This document shows, one piece after another, positions 63,636 to 64,000 of a DNA stretch of 64,000 nt (position 1 is the stretch's first letter; the number at the start of each line of letters is the position of its first letter). Under the pieces are notes generated by a model. The model did not search any database. It had not been told where the DNA came from and was given only the letters and a program-made list of their open reading frames with translations. The DNA is from an uncultured Acidobacteriota bacterium. Its GTDB lineage: Bacteria > Acidobacteriota > Thermoanaerobaculia > UBA5066 > Gp7-AA6. Location: positions 677,590-741,589 of the forward strand of contig CAWGKP010000008.1 of the NCBI GenBank assembly GCA_963823185.1, read 5' to 3'. Both the position numbers and the translations under genes were made by a program.

Positions 63636-64000
63636 CTAGGGACTCTGCGGCGTCGCGGGCGGCGGACCGTAGAGCCGCCACGCCCCGGCCGCGCGGCGCA
63701 TGTCGGACGGTGTCGCGGCCTCCTGGACGACGCGCTCGAGCTCCTCACGCCCGGGATCGACACCGGAGTACGCCCCGAAGATCGCCGCGCGCCAGAGCCG
63801 CGCGCCGTACGGGACGGTCGGCCGCGCCGCGAGCGGGACGGCGAAGAGAAGCAGCGCCGCGGCGAGGCCGGCGGCGGACGGCGGAGCGAGCGGCGCCGCC
63901 GCGCGGAGGCAGAGACCGCCCGCGGCGGCCACGGCGGCCGCCGGCAAGAGCAGCGATAGCGCGCCCATTCCCGAGAGGAGGTTCGGGGCGAACCAGTCCC
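63636..64000 (-). CDS. membrane protein, C-terminal fragment (gene probably starts beyond window end)
   Basis: The frame of track ORF 63636..63968 stays open upstream to position 64000 (…DWFAPNLLSGMGALSLLLPAAAVAAAGGLCL…) and has hydrophobic segments. No function recognised. Confidence 0.3.
   Translation of the reverse strand, partial: DWFAPNLLSGMGALSLLLPAAAVAAAGGLCLRAAAPLAPPSAAGLAAALLLFAVPLAARPTVPYGARLWRAAIFGAYSGVDPGREELERVVQEAATPSDMRRAAGAWRLYGPPPATPQSP

Overview
High-GC (about 70% by eye), gene-dense bacterial chromosomal window. I support about 58 protein-coding genes. I found no rRNA, tRNA, CRISPR array, transposase or integrase. Many long Arg/Pro/Gly-rich ORFs in the six-frame track are shadow ORFs opposite real genes, or over-extended fusions. 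I set several starts at in-frame ATG/GTG codons that overlap the upstream stop by 4 nt (ATGA/GTGA), a junction style seen throughout this window. From 0 to 45 kb the content is mostly housekeeping: glyA, dGTPase, folC, accD, a BtuFCD/FecBCD-type importer, yebC-ruvC, ftsEX, gatB, pgeF, uvrD, glmS-glmU, ferredoxin, deoC plus aldehyde dehydrogenases, and HU. Some unusual genes are interspersed: a pseudo-receiver/Ser-Thr kinase/TonB-C fusion, a DUF4388 protein, a PilZ protein, a signal-peptide protein with a tail-tube-like motif pattern, and a BNR propeller with Cys-containing SLH-like repeats. From 45.1 to 63.6 kb the content looks accessory and is my main candidate for an undescribed system. It holds six large polytopic GT-C-type membrane proteins: three YfhO-like paralogs, two ArnT/PMT-like and one STT3/AglB-like with a degenerate WWDYG motif. 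It also holds two paralogous polyprenyl-phosphate-type GT2 enzymes (one fused to a SAM methyltransferase) and a periplasmic M20 peptidase. These are interleaved with two tandem GspG-like prepilin genes (sigma54-type promoter, upstream palindrome, internal terminator) and a prepilin peptidase that overlaps one YfhO-like gene by 4 nt. Two tandem ~400 bp imperfect-palindrome repeats lie between the pilins and that gene, and a partial third copy is at 13.3 kb. Three genes (uvrD 3' end, a family III CoA-transferase, a DUF1326 protein) show +1 frame breaks at short G/C runs, and a fourth junction (small ORF / binding protein) may be the same. This pattern suggests assembly indels rather than biology. 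Taxonomy cannot be fixed from the window; the HRDVSPQN-type kinase, GspG-like pilins and high GC would fit an Acidobacteriota- or Myxococcota-like diderm (inference only).
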